From Octopus sinensis (Eukaryota): DNA of 64,000 nucleotides. The stretch is from NCBI RefSeq assembly GCF_006345805.1, contig NC_042998.1, positions 69,688,001 through 69,752,000 on the forward strand. Reading direction: 5' to 3'. Positions within the stretch are counted from its first letter, which is position 1, and the number at the start of each line of letters is the position of its first letter. Of the stretch, positions 51,770-64,000 are shown piece by piece. Position numbers and translations under genes: made by a program. The notes below the pieces were generated by a model. That model did no database searches. It was not told the origin of the DNA and saw nothing but the letters and a program-made list of their open reading frames with translations.

Positions 51770-53490
51770 CAGTGATGTCAACCCCCAACACACTATATCG
51801 GACATAACGTTTAGTGCCCCTGATGTCTTAGCGGCGATAAACGAAATAAAACACAATTCAGCAGTAGGCCCCGATAGGTTCCCTGCTTGTGTCCTGAAGG
51901 TGTGTCGACACCAACTTGCATCTCCCCTTGCTAATCTGTGGAGAAACTCACTGGATGCTGGCTATATTCCAAAAAACCTTCTGTCCCAGTCTGTTGTCCC
52001 AGTTTTCAAAAAGGGAAACAAGTCCCTTGCAGTGAATTACCGTCCGATCTCACTCACCTCTCATATCATCAAGGTATTTGAGAGGGTGGTGAGATCTCGA
52101 ATAACCCAATTTCTGGAAAGCAACAGACGGCTGATCTCCAACCAACATGGGTTCCGTAATGGAAGGGACTGCCTAACGCAGCTCCTGCATCACTTTGAGG
52201 ACATTTTGAGAGCTTTGGGAGAGGGCTCCAACACCGATGTCATCTACCTTGATTTCAGTAAGGCCTTCGACAGGGTCGATCACAAGATCCTATTGAAAAA
52301 ACTATCCAACATTGGTGTCTCTGGAAAGTTACTGAAATGGATTAAGTGTTTCCTGACAGACAGATCTCAACATGTTGTAGTTGAAGGGGTAAAATCAAGC
52401 CCAGCCAAAGTCAGTAGTGGCGTTCCGCAAGGCACTGTGCTGGGCCCACTTCTTTTCATCATTTACATTAATGACATTAATGACATCATCAAGCACAGCA
52501 ACATAAAAATCTTTGCAGATGACTCCAAGCTACAGAAGGTCATAAATGAGGCGAGTGACCGGACATGCCTTCAGTCAGATCTACTGGCTGTTATCCAATG
52601 GGCAGAAAAAAACAATATGCTGCTGAACGAGGATAAATTTGAGCTAATCCACTTTGGAAAAGAGGATGCCCTGAAACTCCCATACTCCCTTCCTTCAGGT
52701 GAAACTCTCGCGGCGTCCAACAACATCAGAGACTTGGGAGTAATTGTGGACAACAACGTAAGCTGGGCCACTCATATAAACACCAAAGTTGACATGGCCC
52801 GCAGAATGTGTTCCTGGATTCTCAGAACTTTCCAGTCGAGAGATATCCACACCATTATCCTTCTCTTCTCCACTTTTGCCCGACCCCACCTTGAATACTG
52901 TTGTCCACTGTGGTCTCCCCACACAATACAAGGTATCATAAAAGTTGAAGCACCTCAAAGGGCAATCACAAAAAAGATAGATGGCATGACAGGCCTCGAC
53001 TATTGGGGTCGACTAGAAAAGCTAAAACTCTATTCTCTCCAACGTCGTCGTGAGCGCTACATCATCTGCATGATGTGGAAAATATTCCATCAGCATTGCC
53101 CAAATGATGTTGGCATCACCTTTAAGGTACATCCAAGGCTTGGGCCCCGTGCCATCCGCCCAAAACAAAAATCGCACTCTCATCTCATAACAACAATACG
53201 GCACAATTATTTCACCTCAATTGGCCCCGCTCTCTTTAACATTACACCAAAACACATTAAAACAGAAACTGACCCTATAGGGTTCAAGAAGTCTTTGGAC
53301 AGATTCCTTCAAGAAATCCCGGATAAACCCCATACACCCGGATATGTCTCTGTAAACAATAACTCTCTACTTGAGTGGGCCATAGTGCCAAAAATTCTGA
53401 CTTGAAAGACTTCACCAGGTGGTGCTATTAAGTTAGACATGGCCTGGGCCAATAATGGCCGAAACCTATCAAAGTATCAAAGCATCAAAG
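51770..53490 (+). mobile_element. 5'-truncated CR1-clade LINE with an uninterrupted RT frame and 8 bp terminal repeats
   Basis: [85 protein letters not shown]. The tail atcaaagt atcaaagc atcaaagt is a CR1-like 8-mer repeat. Confidence 0.95.
51771..53405 (+). CDS. Partial CR1 ORF2 (RT and C-terminal region), ~545 codons, no native start
   Basis: The real part of the 716 aa ORF in the track; its first ~170 aa are translated (TA)n. Unlikely to be independently translated. Confidence 0.6.
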   Translation, partial: SDVNPQHTISDITFSAPDVLAAINEIKHNSAVGPDRFPACVLKVCRHQLASPLANLWRNSLDAGYIPKNLLSQSVVPVFKKGNKSLAVNYRPISLTSHIIKVFERVVRSRITQFLESNRRLISNQHGFRNGRDCLTQLLHHFEDILRALGEGSNTDVIYLDFSKAFDRVDHKILLKKLSNIGVSGKLLKWIKCFLTDRSQHVVVEGVKSSPAKVSSGVPQGTVLGPLLFIIYINDINDIIKHSNIKIFADDSKLQKVINEASDRTCLQSDLLAVIQWAEKNNMLLNEDKFELIHFGKEDALKLPYSLPSGETLAASNNIRDLGVIVDNNVSWATHINTKVDMARRMCSWILRTFQSRDIHTIILLFSTFARPHLEYCCPLWSPHTIQGIIKVEAPQRAITKKIDGMTGLDYWGRLEKLKLYSLQRRRERYIICMMWKIFHQHCPNDVGITFKVHPRLGPRAIRPKQKSHSHLITTIRHNYFTSIGPALFNITPKHIKTETDPIGFKKSLDRFLQEIPDKPHTPGYVSVNNNSLLEWAIVPKILT

Positions 53491-53507
53491 TATATATATA
53501 TATATAT

Positions 53508-53538
<31 letters not shown>

Positions 53539-53552
53539 GTATATGTATATAT

Positions 53553-53632
<80 letters not shown>

Positions 53633-53634
53633 TG

Positions 53635-53689
<55 letters not shown>

Positions 53690-53690
53690 G

Positions 53691-53739
<49 letters not shown>

Positions 53740-53846
53740 GTAATATATATATATATATATGTATATAATATATATATATGTATATATATATATATGTATA
53801 TATAATATATATATATTATATATATATATATGTATATATATATACG

Positions 53847-53877
<31 letters not shown>

Positions 53878-53960
53878 GTATATATATATGTATATATATA
53901 TATATATATAATATATATATATATTATATATATGTATATATATATATATATATATATACA
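53491..53960. repeat. ~470 bp (TA)n/(TATATG)n tract
   Basis: Directly visible. Confidence 0.97.
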
Positions 53961-54182
53961 TGCACACACACACACACACGTGTGAGAGGATGTTTGTGTT
54001 TGTCCCTCCTGATTTGACAATTGGTGTTGGTTTGTTAACGTTCTCGTGACTTGGTCGTTCGGAAAAAGAAAGCACTAGAATAAGTACTAGACTTAAGAAA
54101 ATAAGTCCTGGGATCAATTTTTTCGGTGAAACCTTTTAAGGCGGTGCCCCAGCACGACCGTAGTCCAATGACTTGAACAAGT
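53961..54182 (+). mobile_element. SINE S1 tail half (old subfamily)
   Basis: tgtttgtgtttgtccctc...agaataagtactagactt...aaggcggtgccccagcacgaccgtagtccaatgacttgaacaagta. Confidence 0.8.
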
Positions 54183-55519
54183 AATAGATGCGCAGTTTCA
54201 TACTCGGGGCTTGGATCGATCAACCCGTGGCTGTAGTAACAAAAATATTTGCTCAAAAGGGCATACACTGGAACCGAACCCGAAGTCTCATGATTACGTA
54301 GCTAACAGCTTAACCACTTGGCCATATCTGCATCCATTGTAGTAGAGAAAACAAGAAGCAAACAACATTAAACCCAGCATTGCCAAATAAATTATAGAGA
54401 GAAAGTCTACTGCCAACACCGTTAAATGAATAAACAGTTTGATGGAGGAAATTAGATAAAATATTTGGAGATAAAATCCATACAATTTGAAGACAGCGTA
54501 CAATAGCAGCAGGATATCGTATAAAATAACAATATCAGGCAAGCTAACTGTCCATTAGAAATAATTACAAGATATAGTTATAATGAAAAGGAACCAACTA
54601 ATGTATGGCACAGCATGTGTTTGTGTGTGTGTTTGTGTGTGTGTGTGGTAACTGAACGTGTTGGTGTTGAAATCTTTGGGGAAAACAACCAAACGTATAA
54701 CAGAACCAAACACTAGAAAGAAAAGAAAGCCTTACGTGGTTTTTCGACCTGGTAACAATAGCAACCAATTCTGCCTCAAATCACTCATTCTACTGACTTG
54801 CAAAAGGAAAGACGCAGAATGCAGTCCTGGATAGCCAATTTTTTTTCAAAATCACGCATTTTTTTGATATGGGATTTAGTATTAGATAACATTATGTCAG
54901 AAGCATAGAAAGACTGGATAGTAATTCCAAAAAAACACTTTTGCTGAATCAGGGATGATCAGCTAAACAGCAGCAGCAGTAGCATCATCACCAGCAACAG
55001 CAGCAACATTAAAATCAATCGAAGCAGAATATATATTGTAATATGTGAAATATAATACAAATAGACTAAAAAATATCAAATTATCCTCCATTAAAAAGAA
55101 AAGAAAAATAGAAGTAATGTTATATAGAAGACTTACAATTAAGGATGAACAAGAACTGAAAGAAATTAAAATAGAAAAAAGTCAATCCTTAGATAGAAAA
55201 TCCATGAGTTTTAAGGGGTGGTGGTGGTGGTGGTGGTGGTAGAAAGCAAACAATTGAGACAAAATAAAATGATAGCGAGTTGGTAAACAGAAAAGGTTTT
55301 ATACAGAATAAAAGGGGGAAAAGCATAAAAGTGGAGGTTCCACCATAGAGAGAAATGCATGCGGAGATAAATACAGGAAGTAGAAAAAAAGTCTCTTAAA
55401 TAAATGGAATAAGCTACAGGACAAAAGGAACATTGAACTATATTCTATGAGAGGAATAAAGAAATATTACTGCAAACATGAGATGTAAAAAGTAATTATG
55501 TTGTTGTTATTGTTATTGT

Positions 55520-55735
55520 TAAGGCAGTGATTTGGAAGAGTTGTTAACAAGTCGGACAAAAATGCTTAGCGGGTATTTCTTCCGGCTTTTTACGTTCTGA
55601 GTTCAAATGTCGCCGAGATCGAATTTTGCCTTTCATCCTTTCTGGCACCATAAAATAAGCATCAGTCGAGTACTGGGTTCGGTGTAATCGACTAGCCCCC
55701 TACCCGAAAAGTACTGGTCTAGTGTCTATCGCAGA
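55520..55735 (+). mobile_element. SINE family S2, diverged copy
   Basis: aaatgcttagcgggtatttc...gttctgagttcaaatgtcgccgagatcgaattttgcctttcatcctttc. Confidence 0.82.
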
Positions 55736-56039
55736 AAGAGTTGTTGTTTTTGTCAATTATGGTATTGTTGTTTCTTAGTCTCAGGTTAGACCTGATTGAG
55801 CAGACCTGTAATAATCAGAAGCATTCTGGCCGTGACTATCCCGTCTTTTTTCCTATGAGTAGGGAAACCAGGATCACATTATCCAATGTGCCCATTTCTA
55901 AGACGCTTGGGCTGTAATTTGTAAAAGGGTTGGCTACTATTTCTAGCTGGCCGTTGCTGTTGATATTGGTAGTTGTAATGTTTTTGTTGTTGTTGCTAAC
56001 TATGGCGATGGTAAGCTCCCTCAATCTCCGATTCAGGAC

Positions 56040-56328
56040 GTAATTCATACATGGGGCCACTAGTTGCGGTCGTCTGATTTATTACACTGACAATCCATGT
56101 CTTAATCTTATGAAGAAGCAGAAAGTAATCGATTTTTGTTGTTTAGATCCGGATCCAACAGACTCATGCTTCAAAGACGTTCTATCTATGACCATCTCTT
56201 CTTTTTTTTATCCAGATATAGTGGAAGTAGACAATAACGAACATTTCTGTGTAGAACATCTGATAGACTCCCCCCCCCAGACGCATACACACTCTCTCAC
56301 ACACACAGTCGCACAGACGCACACCATA
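56040..56328 (+). repeat. 289 bp donor segment duplicated at 57988-58277
   Basis: The copies differ by one substitution (atgacc/atgact) and in a poly-C tract. Confidence 0.95.
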
Positions 56329-57261
56329 CCTCATGGTGTAAATAACATGAACGAAGTTCATCTCAATTAATAATATAGCTAATTCAAGGAGACCAAAATT
56401 TCTTACCGAAAACGCCGGAAGTAAGCGACTCACAAACATTACAGGTTACGATGCTCTCCTACTTTTCTAGGACTTTGGGAATTACTGTAAGAAGGAAGGA
56501 AGGAAGGAAGGAAGGAAGATATCTCGACAACTAGACTGAAACAAATGCCTGACTATAACATAGAAAGTTTGTAGAAAACGTACATATAGTCGTAAAGATT
56601 AGCTATCGTACTTGATAACATACAATACGCACTTACTCCAATAAAATGCCTTAAAAAGCTACTCCGGGTTCTAGTGCGAAATAAGGCCTATGTTACATGC
56701 TTAAATACGCCAAATTTTTTTCTGAATATGTGCTGCTGAATTTGAGATGCATTTAATATCCGTGCGTATTTTTATGCCATCAAATACAGTATATATAGAA
56801 GACAGCAAGTAGATCAAAAACGTACATACTGGTTACATTACGAAGATGTTTTGTAACCATCGATGGCTGGATCAATGTTGATGTTATAAACTGTATATCA
56901 ATATTGATTCAATCTGTTACGGATGATTGAATCAATGTGGGTATATTATTTATATATCTGCTTTCAACATCTGTAGATGTACAGTTTATATATTTTGCCA
57001 TGGTTCAACCATCCATGACTGAATCAATATAGTGTTATAAACTATACATTTACATTAGGTCATCTATAACTTATTGAATCAAGGTAGATGTTAAAAACTA
57101 TTACTTTACATTTATTTGACCAATCATTATTGAATCAATACAAATGTGTAGTTCGTAAATCTATAATCAGGTTAAATTATATACCAGCATTGACTCAACC
57201 AGTTATTGATGAATCAACGTTGATATATAAACCGCATACAGCTATATTCTGTTGATTATAT

Positions 57262-57600
57262 TTCCTTTTGCCGGAGCATTGTTGACTTATGGAGCCATGT
57301 CAAACAGTTGTTATCGTGTGTGGAACGAATCCGACTATTGGCGGAATCCATCGCGAGGATCGCTCCATCAACCACCTTTAACAGGCAGGGCAGGTGGTGT
57401 GTTCCTCTGTCTAGTGACTATGGTGAAAAGAGGTTGTGTGATGAACGAAGTTGAAAGAATTGACAAAAGACACCTTCCTCTTCTGTCAAGCCCTCAATCA
57501 ACTTTTGTTAAAGTCCTATTTGGAAAGTAACGGGCGAGTGGAGAGGGAAGTGTTATCTCCCAGTGAATTTGTGAAAGGATCGGTGATTGCGACAAAAATG
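57262..57600 (+). pseudogene. Old Tx1/L1 ORF2 C-terminal fragment
   Basis: FCRSIVDLWSHVKQLLSCVERIRLLAESI...FNRQGR and TKLKELTKDTFLFCQAL, homologous to the 11.7 kb copy; frameshifted. Confidence 0.72.
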
Positions 57601-57887
57601 GTTTAGGTGAATGGCTCTACACTAAGCACGCGCATGTAGATTGGAGAGCAACAATTGGGCAAGGCTTGTGCCTTTGCTCATGCCTTTGCGAATCTGTGGG
57701 GTTCTTGAATGGCCGCAGTTAGGATTCTTCCATATCAGGAGGACTGCACCATTTATGTTGTCACATAATTTATATTCTATGTTGTGCTACCGTTTCTGTC
57801 GAGTTTATCTCGAACCAGCATGTCCCTTTTCTCTCTGTTGAACTAAGCTTCATAAAACCCCCCAAACTCTGAGAGCAAAACTCAAAG

Positions 57888-58377
57888 CATAAAGAATTAG
57901 ATTATTAAACAGAAAATGCACATTAAGCCTGGAATATTCTAAGATTTGTTCCCACAACTTTTGTTCTGTCTGTTTTCTTTATGTTTAGTAATTCATACAT
58001 GGGGCCACTAGTTGCGGTCGTCTGATTTATTACACTGACAATCCATGTCTTAATCTTATGAAGAAGCAGAAAGTAATCGATTTTTGTTGTTTAGATCCGG
58101 ATCCAACAGACTCATGCTTCAAAGACGTTCTATCTATGACTATCTCTTCTTTTTTTTATCCAGATATAGTGGAAGTAGACAATAACGAACATTTCTGTGT
58201 AGAACATCTGATAGACCCCCCCCCCCCAGACGCATACACACTCTCTCACACACACAGTCGCACAGACGCACACCATAAAGAATTAGGATTATTAAACAGA
58301 AAATGCACATTAAGCCTGGAATATTCTAAGATTTGTTCCCACAACTTTTGTTCTGTCTGTTTTCTTTATGTTTAGTA
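57888..58377 (+). repeat. Direct repeats 57888-57990 and 58274-58377 flanking the copied segment 57988-58277
   Basis: cataaagaattag...atgtttagta occurs twice (103 and 104 bp). Confidence 0.95.
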
Positions 58378-59396
58378 CAATCCTAAGTTCTATAGAAAAC
58401 GACAATAAGGTTTGTGATATCAAGATCTACGTCCTGTATATGAAGAAAATCAAATCTTATTTAGCTGGTGGAGAGGCAGTGTTCATGATATATATACATC
58501 CATCATAGACTGATGAGAATTATGCGGTTGAATATCTGTAGTTTGTCTGTGGGGAATAACGTAGACAACAGTGACTTCAAGAGTGGCATATATTTTCCAA
58601 ATTGTAAAATATTATACCTCAGACACCAATAAAGAATTTCGAGTCGACAAATATGTTAAAGAAAGCTTCAGCTGAAGTAGGATGACTAAATCAGTAATCA
58701 TTGACTATAAAAACCAATCATGTATCCAAATATTTAAGAATAGAAATGGTTGTAAATATCTGGGGAACAATAAAAGCGAATAACAACATTAAAAAAAATG
58801 AAAGTTAATCTAAAAATGATTATATCTAAAATACAAGGATGATGATATTTAAAGTATGAAATTATTCCAGAACACAAGATGGAACCAATAAATTTTATAG
58901 TATGACTGGCATTAAACTACAGATTCGTTGCTGTAAAGTGGAAGTTACAAAACAGAGGGGGGAAAAAGGCAAAATAAAGATGAAGGAGAAAAAACAAAAA
59001 ACTAACAAAAGGTGGCCAAGTCACATAACGACTGACTTTATCTGGCTACGATAAAAACAAAAGTTACACCCAGTTCGAAGTCTCTTGCCTTAAAGGAGGA
59101 ACTCAAAGAATCAGTATTGGAACTCAGACTCAGAATTATGTAAGAATTATACTCTCATAAATATATTTATATATGTACTGAAGCACAACGCCATACCTGC
59201 AATATATATAATTATGTGTGTGTGTGTGTGTGTATAGTAATAATAATAACAATAATAATAATAATAATAATGATAATAATAATAATGATAATAATAATAA
59301 TAATAATAATAATAACCCAAGGATGGAATTTATAAGCATTTTAATGCATCGCTACGCACGTTTCCACAAATCACACGTTTCTTAAGGTCATAGTCC

Positions 59397-59445
<49 letters not shown>

Positions 59446-59470
59446 TATTATTATTATTATTATTATTATT

Positions 59471-60028
59471 GAGTGAGCGAGCAGAGCATGCCATCAAAGT
59501 GACACTGGGGTAAAATATACTAAGCCCAGTATACCCATCATGACTACCCGTCTGATAAGGGTACACCAGGCACATGCATCACAACCATATGTGCGCGACA
59601 TGGTGATCTTATATCAAGATAAACAGCACACGACCTTGCAGGTGGAGCCCAGTTAGATTTTTCTTCAGATCGAGTAACCTATCCCGCTCAAAAGGTCCCT
59701 GAATAAGGGTTGTTTAAGGACGTTGAACGAAACACCCATGTTTCCAGAGGTGAATTATTCAAACCCCAAAGAATCCTTCTCAACACATGGCTATGATGCT
59801 CCCCCACTACTTCTGCTCGTGATCAGAGATGCACATATCGTCAGCCACTAAGGGACATGCTCAACTGGTTAAGGTCAAACAACTGACAAGCAAATCTGTG
59901 GTATTGAGCAGAATATTTGCTGTAGCCCATCTTTTATACCAAGACAAAACAATGTACATGATAACACTTCCAATCAGTTAAGATCAGAAGCCATGAGAGC
60001 CACTGCCTGGTACTGCATCAGGGCATTT
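59471..60028 (-). mobile_element. Non-coding element N560, full copy between (TAT)n arrays
   Basis: Reverse complement of 15844-16378 with an extra ~22 bp (cgtgtgctgtttatcttgatata). Confidence 0.9.
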
Positions 60029-60037
60029 ATGTACTGC

Positions 60038-60106
<69 letters not shown>

Positions 60107-60147
60107 CATCATCACATTATTATTATTATTATTATTATTTTTATTAA

Positions 60148-60189
<42 letters not shown>

Positions 60190-60424
60190 CATTTTTATTA
60201 TTACTATATGTATGCTACATTAAATGGGCCCAGCTCGGTGTGACACTCAAAACTGGTATTGCCAGTTGGCCTCATTAGGCTGTAGCCGGCATAACAAAAG
60301 AGTATATGTGTGTATGTGTTTAGGGGCAAAAGAATTGAAACCCCAATTCTATTCTTCCTTAAATTTAAAGCATAGGTTCGATAGAGCTTGTGTGCATTAG
60401 AAATGAACAAGATGATAATAATAA

Positions 60425-60645
60425 TGGTTTCAATTTTTGCCACAAGGGCAGCAATTTCGGGGAGGAGATGAGTCGATTACATCGACCCCAATTCTTTCAA
60501 CTGGTACTTATTTTTGTCGACCCCGAAAGGATGAAAGGCAAAGTCAACCTCGACGGAATTTGAACTCAGAACGTAAAGATGGACGAAATGCCGCAAAGCA
60601 TTTTGCCCGGCGTGTTAACTTTTGTGTCAGGTTGCCTCCTTAAAG
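60425..60645 (-). mobile_element. SINE family S2
   Basis: gaccccgaaaggatgaaaggcaaagtcaacctcgacggaatttgaactcagaacgtaaagatggacgaaatgccgcaaagcattttgcccggcgtg. Confidence 0.88.
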
Positions 60646-61639
60646 CGGATAATAATAATAATAATTATATTTTGTTTTTGGATTTGGTTTGCAAGATTCT
60701 TTATGTGAGTTCGTGTGTTGAAGCACTATTGAAAAGGTTGCAAGACGCAACGAAAATTTTAAGAAAATAAAAATAGGAATTAAGTAGAAATTTTACCGGT
60801 GAGTGTGTTAAATTATAAGGCACAAAAAGAAAATGACTCTCCCCAGACACAACAGAATAATAATTATTATTTCTAATAAACCCTTTAAACAATAATGACA
60901 AACAACAGATCTAAGAATTTGTGTATCCTGGAAACTTGAAAGAAAATGTTGGACTCTGCGGGATTTGAACTCAGAACATAAACTGTAGAATGGTATAGAA
61001 GAAAGGAGGAAATAGTCAATTAGACAATTTCTTACTATTCAATCCGCAAAAAAAAAAAAAAAAATCCATACACAAGCTTGACAGGACTTTCGTATAGCGA
61101 AAATTATGTCAGTATTATGAAATACCATCAGATTAAAAACGATAGAATCATACGCCAAAAAATGTCCGTGAGTGAGCTTATTATAGGAAATACCAATTTA
61201 ATAAGAGGTGAAAAAAAAAAAAAATAGTTCAGATGTAGACGCTGGCATGGCTGTGTGGTTAAGAAGCTTACCTTGCAACCACGGGGTTTCAGGTTAAAAC
61301 AAATATAGCCTAAGAGCAATAAAAATGGTATGTTGGGAATTCCACAGGGAAATTTTTGACTGCAGATAGACATTCCGATTAAAAGTACGCACCCCTACCC
61401 AAAAGTTGAAGGACGGGCGTTCTAACATAGACATATTCCATTAGGAAAATGTATTACCGACTAAAACAAGGACTGTCTGGCATTAATGAATAGAATTCGT
61501 TGGAGGGTGTAACTCGGGAGACATACTGCTCCGACAACACCCAAACGTCTGGCACTGGCGATTGGTGTCTCGCACCATTCCATGCTTGCTGACAGAAGCT
61601 GAAATAATAAATGGTCATACTAACACCAAACAGTAAACC

Positions 61640-61930
<291 letters not shown>

Positions 61931-61973
61931 GCGAATAATTAAACTATACACCATACTACATTACATCGTATTA

Positions 61974-62307
61974 AAAAAAAAAAAAAGACTCCGCCGGTTA
62001 CGACGACGAGGGTCCCAGCTGATACGATCAACGGAACAGCTTGCTCGTGAAATTAACGTGCAAATGGCTGAGCATTCCACAGACACGTGTACCCTTAACG
62101 TAGTTCTCGGGGATAATCAGCGTGACACAGAGAGTGACAAGGCTGACCCTTTGAAATACAAGTACAACTCATTTTTGCCAGCTGAGTGGACTGGAGCAAC
62201 GTGAAATAAAGTGTCTTGCTCAAGGACACAACGCGTCGCCGGGAATCGAACTCACAACCTTACGATCATGAGCCGAATGCCCTAACCACTAAGCCACGCG
62301 CCCTCAC
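61974..62307 (-). mobile_element. Young tRNA-derived SINE (family S3) with an 11 bp TSD
   Basis: TSD acatcgtatta at 61963-61973 and 62308-62318; T13 tail on the element strand. Confidence 0.95.
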
Positions 62308-62479
62308 ACATCGTATTACACCACACCACTCAACACTTCATGTTATACTATACTTTGTAACAGAATTATCTCATACTCCACCACACTACCTTATGCATAC
62401 AATACAGCCCCACAATGTCGCTTCCGTTACGTTCAAACAGTGTTCCCCATAGCTGACGAACATCCTCATCAAATCTTTC

Positions 62480-62980
62480 CATCTCTGTTGATTATTTGGA
62501 AACGCCAATGTGTCTAATTCCCAAAAGAGTCATCCTGCTAACTATCGATCAATCGCTCTCACATCCAACATCTCAAAATCGATGGAATCTATGGTTATAA
62601 TAACTTTCTCTAATGTCTTGAATCTCTCCCTCTTTTGTTAATTCCAGTATGGTTTTCGCAAATCCAAATCTCCTATTTCATTCTCAGTGATCCTTCTCTT
62701 CAACAAGCTCGGTGAAAGCAATGTTATTTCAGATGAAATTAGCAACGTATTTGATAATTTGTGGCACCAGAATCGTTCAATTTAGTGGCTTACCTTTGGA
62801 ATTCAACCACGTTCCAACTTCCTGTCAGATCCCGCCATCAAGAAAGAGTTATGTGCTCCAAGGGAGGGTTATGTTATCCACTCTCGTACCTTATCGATAT
62901 ATTTGCCCTCATTTCTTATATTCCTGATATTTTCTGCAAAACTCAAATACACAACATAGATAAAACTGTATTTCATAAAC
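62480..62980 (+). pseudogene. Highly decayed CR1/Jockey-type RT remnant
   Basis: HPANYRSIALTSNISKSMES, FQYGFRK, and SYVLQGRVMLSTL resembling GVPQGSVLSPTL; many frameshifts. Confidence 0.72.
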
Positions 62981-63043
62981 TGTCTGTTAATTCTTCAAGG
63001 ACTAATGCGACGATAATTCCAACCTGTTGTCCGCTGTCTAAAG

Positions 63044-63195
63044 CAGGCACGGACAAATTTTTTCGAGAAGCGGGCCACATGAGATATGAATCATTATCAG
63101 GAGGGCAGGCAGCACTACTAAAAAAATATTCAAGGTAATATTTTATAAGGCGTGCCATTCAGAATTTCCTACAGGCCGCGGTTTGCCAACAGTAG
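63044..63195. mobile_element. Small hAT MITE, 152 bp
   Basis: Starts caggcacggacaaattt, ends ggccgcggtttgccaacagtag; flanking 8-mers gtctaaag (63036-63043) and gtctaaac (63196-63203). Confidence 0.68.
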
Positions 63196-63337
63196 GTCTA
63201 AACTCTTGGAGTGTAACACTGTAAATTGAGTAACACATCGGAAGTGTGTACAATTGTAACACTATAACGTTAAAACCCAACATTAAAACATAACATTAAA
63301 ACACAACAACGGTACTGCATTACAGTAACATTGCGAG

Positions 63338-63562
63338 CGAGCTGGCAGAAACTTTAGCACGCCGGGCGAGATGCGTAGCCGTATTTCGTCTGTGGTTACG
63401 TTCCGAATTCAAATTCCGCCGAGGTAGACTTTGCCTTTCATCCTTTCGGGGTCGATAAATTAAGTACCAGTTACGCACTGGGGTCGATGTAATCGACTTA
63501 ATCCGTTTGTCTTTCCTTGTTTTTTCCCTTTATGTTTAGCCCCTTGTGGGTAGTAAAGAAAT
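63338..63562 (+). mobile_element. SINE family S2, full length
   Basis: gagctggcagaaactttagcacgccgggcg (A-box-like), ttcaaattcc (B-box-like), central gcctttcatcctttcggggtcgataaattaagtaccag, tail tttagccccttgtgggtagtaaagaaata. Confidence 0.9.
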
Positions 63563-63696
63563 AAATTACAGTAACATTGCAATACACCAATACAATGCCA
63601 GAACATCACAGCACTATCAAACTACAACAACCTTACAGCTCTACAACATTACAATACTCCTCTATAACATTATGACGTCTTTCCATTACAAAGCTG

Positions 63697-63776
63697 CAAC
63701 ACCGCAGCATCCCAACGCTGCAGGATTCCAACACCGCAGCAGTCCAACGCCGCAGTATCCCAACGCTGCATCATTA
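63697..63776 (+). repeat. 16 bp minisatellite x5
   Basis: caacaccgcagcatcc caacgctgcaggattc caacaccgcagcagtc caacgccgcagtatcc caacgctgcatcatta. Confidence 0.8.
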
Positions 63777-64000
63777 AACGACTACAACATTCCACAGCAA
63801 TACTACAACATTTCTACATTACCACACTCGTCTCTACAACAGATGTGATCTAATTATCTTGTTATTATCATGATACTATAATTATACACGCGCTTATAAG
63901 CACACACGCGCACGCACTCACACGGAGTCGCTCGCACATACACTCACAACAGTCGTGCACGTACTTCTATATATACACATATTCACACAAATATAAATAA

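Overview
This 64 kb window is AT-rich animal DNA, most likely from an octopus or related cephalopod. That assignment is an inference from the repeat families and the extreme microsatellite density. I found no host-gene exon, rRNA, true tRNA or CRISPR array that I can support. The window is a mosaic of microsatellites and transposon-derived sequence: a deleted Ty3/gypsy (Mag-like) LTR element; two families of restriction-like-endonuclease (R4/Dong-type) LINEs; Tx1/L1, RTE and CR1 LINE pieces; a Tc1 transposase remnant; two hAT MITEs; Penelope-like remnants; and three tRNA-derived SINE families. Most long ORFs in the track are translated microsatellites. The main observations are: (1) several unrelated retroelements each sit in their own type of microsatellite, (TAA)n, (TACA)n or (TATC)n, suggesting a set of target-specific elements that share out microsatellite niches; (2) a near-perfect 734 bp palindrome; (3) minimal hammerhead-ribozyme motifs, one with an A6U core variant; (4) a higher-order repeat array in an RTE 3' UTR and a PHD finger inside its RT; (5) a clean microhomology-mediated template-switch duplication; (6) a very young SINE with an oligo(T) tail. 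All alignments were done by eye, so boundaries are approximate unless TSD or LTR ends are stated.
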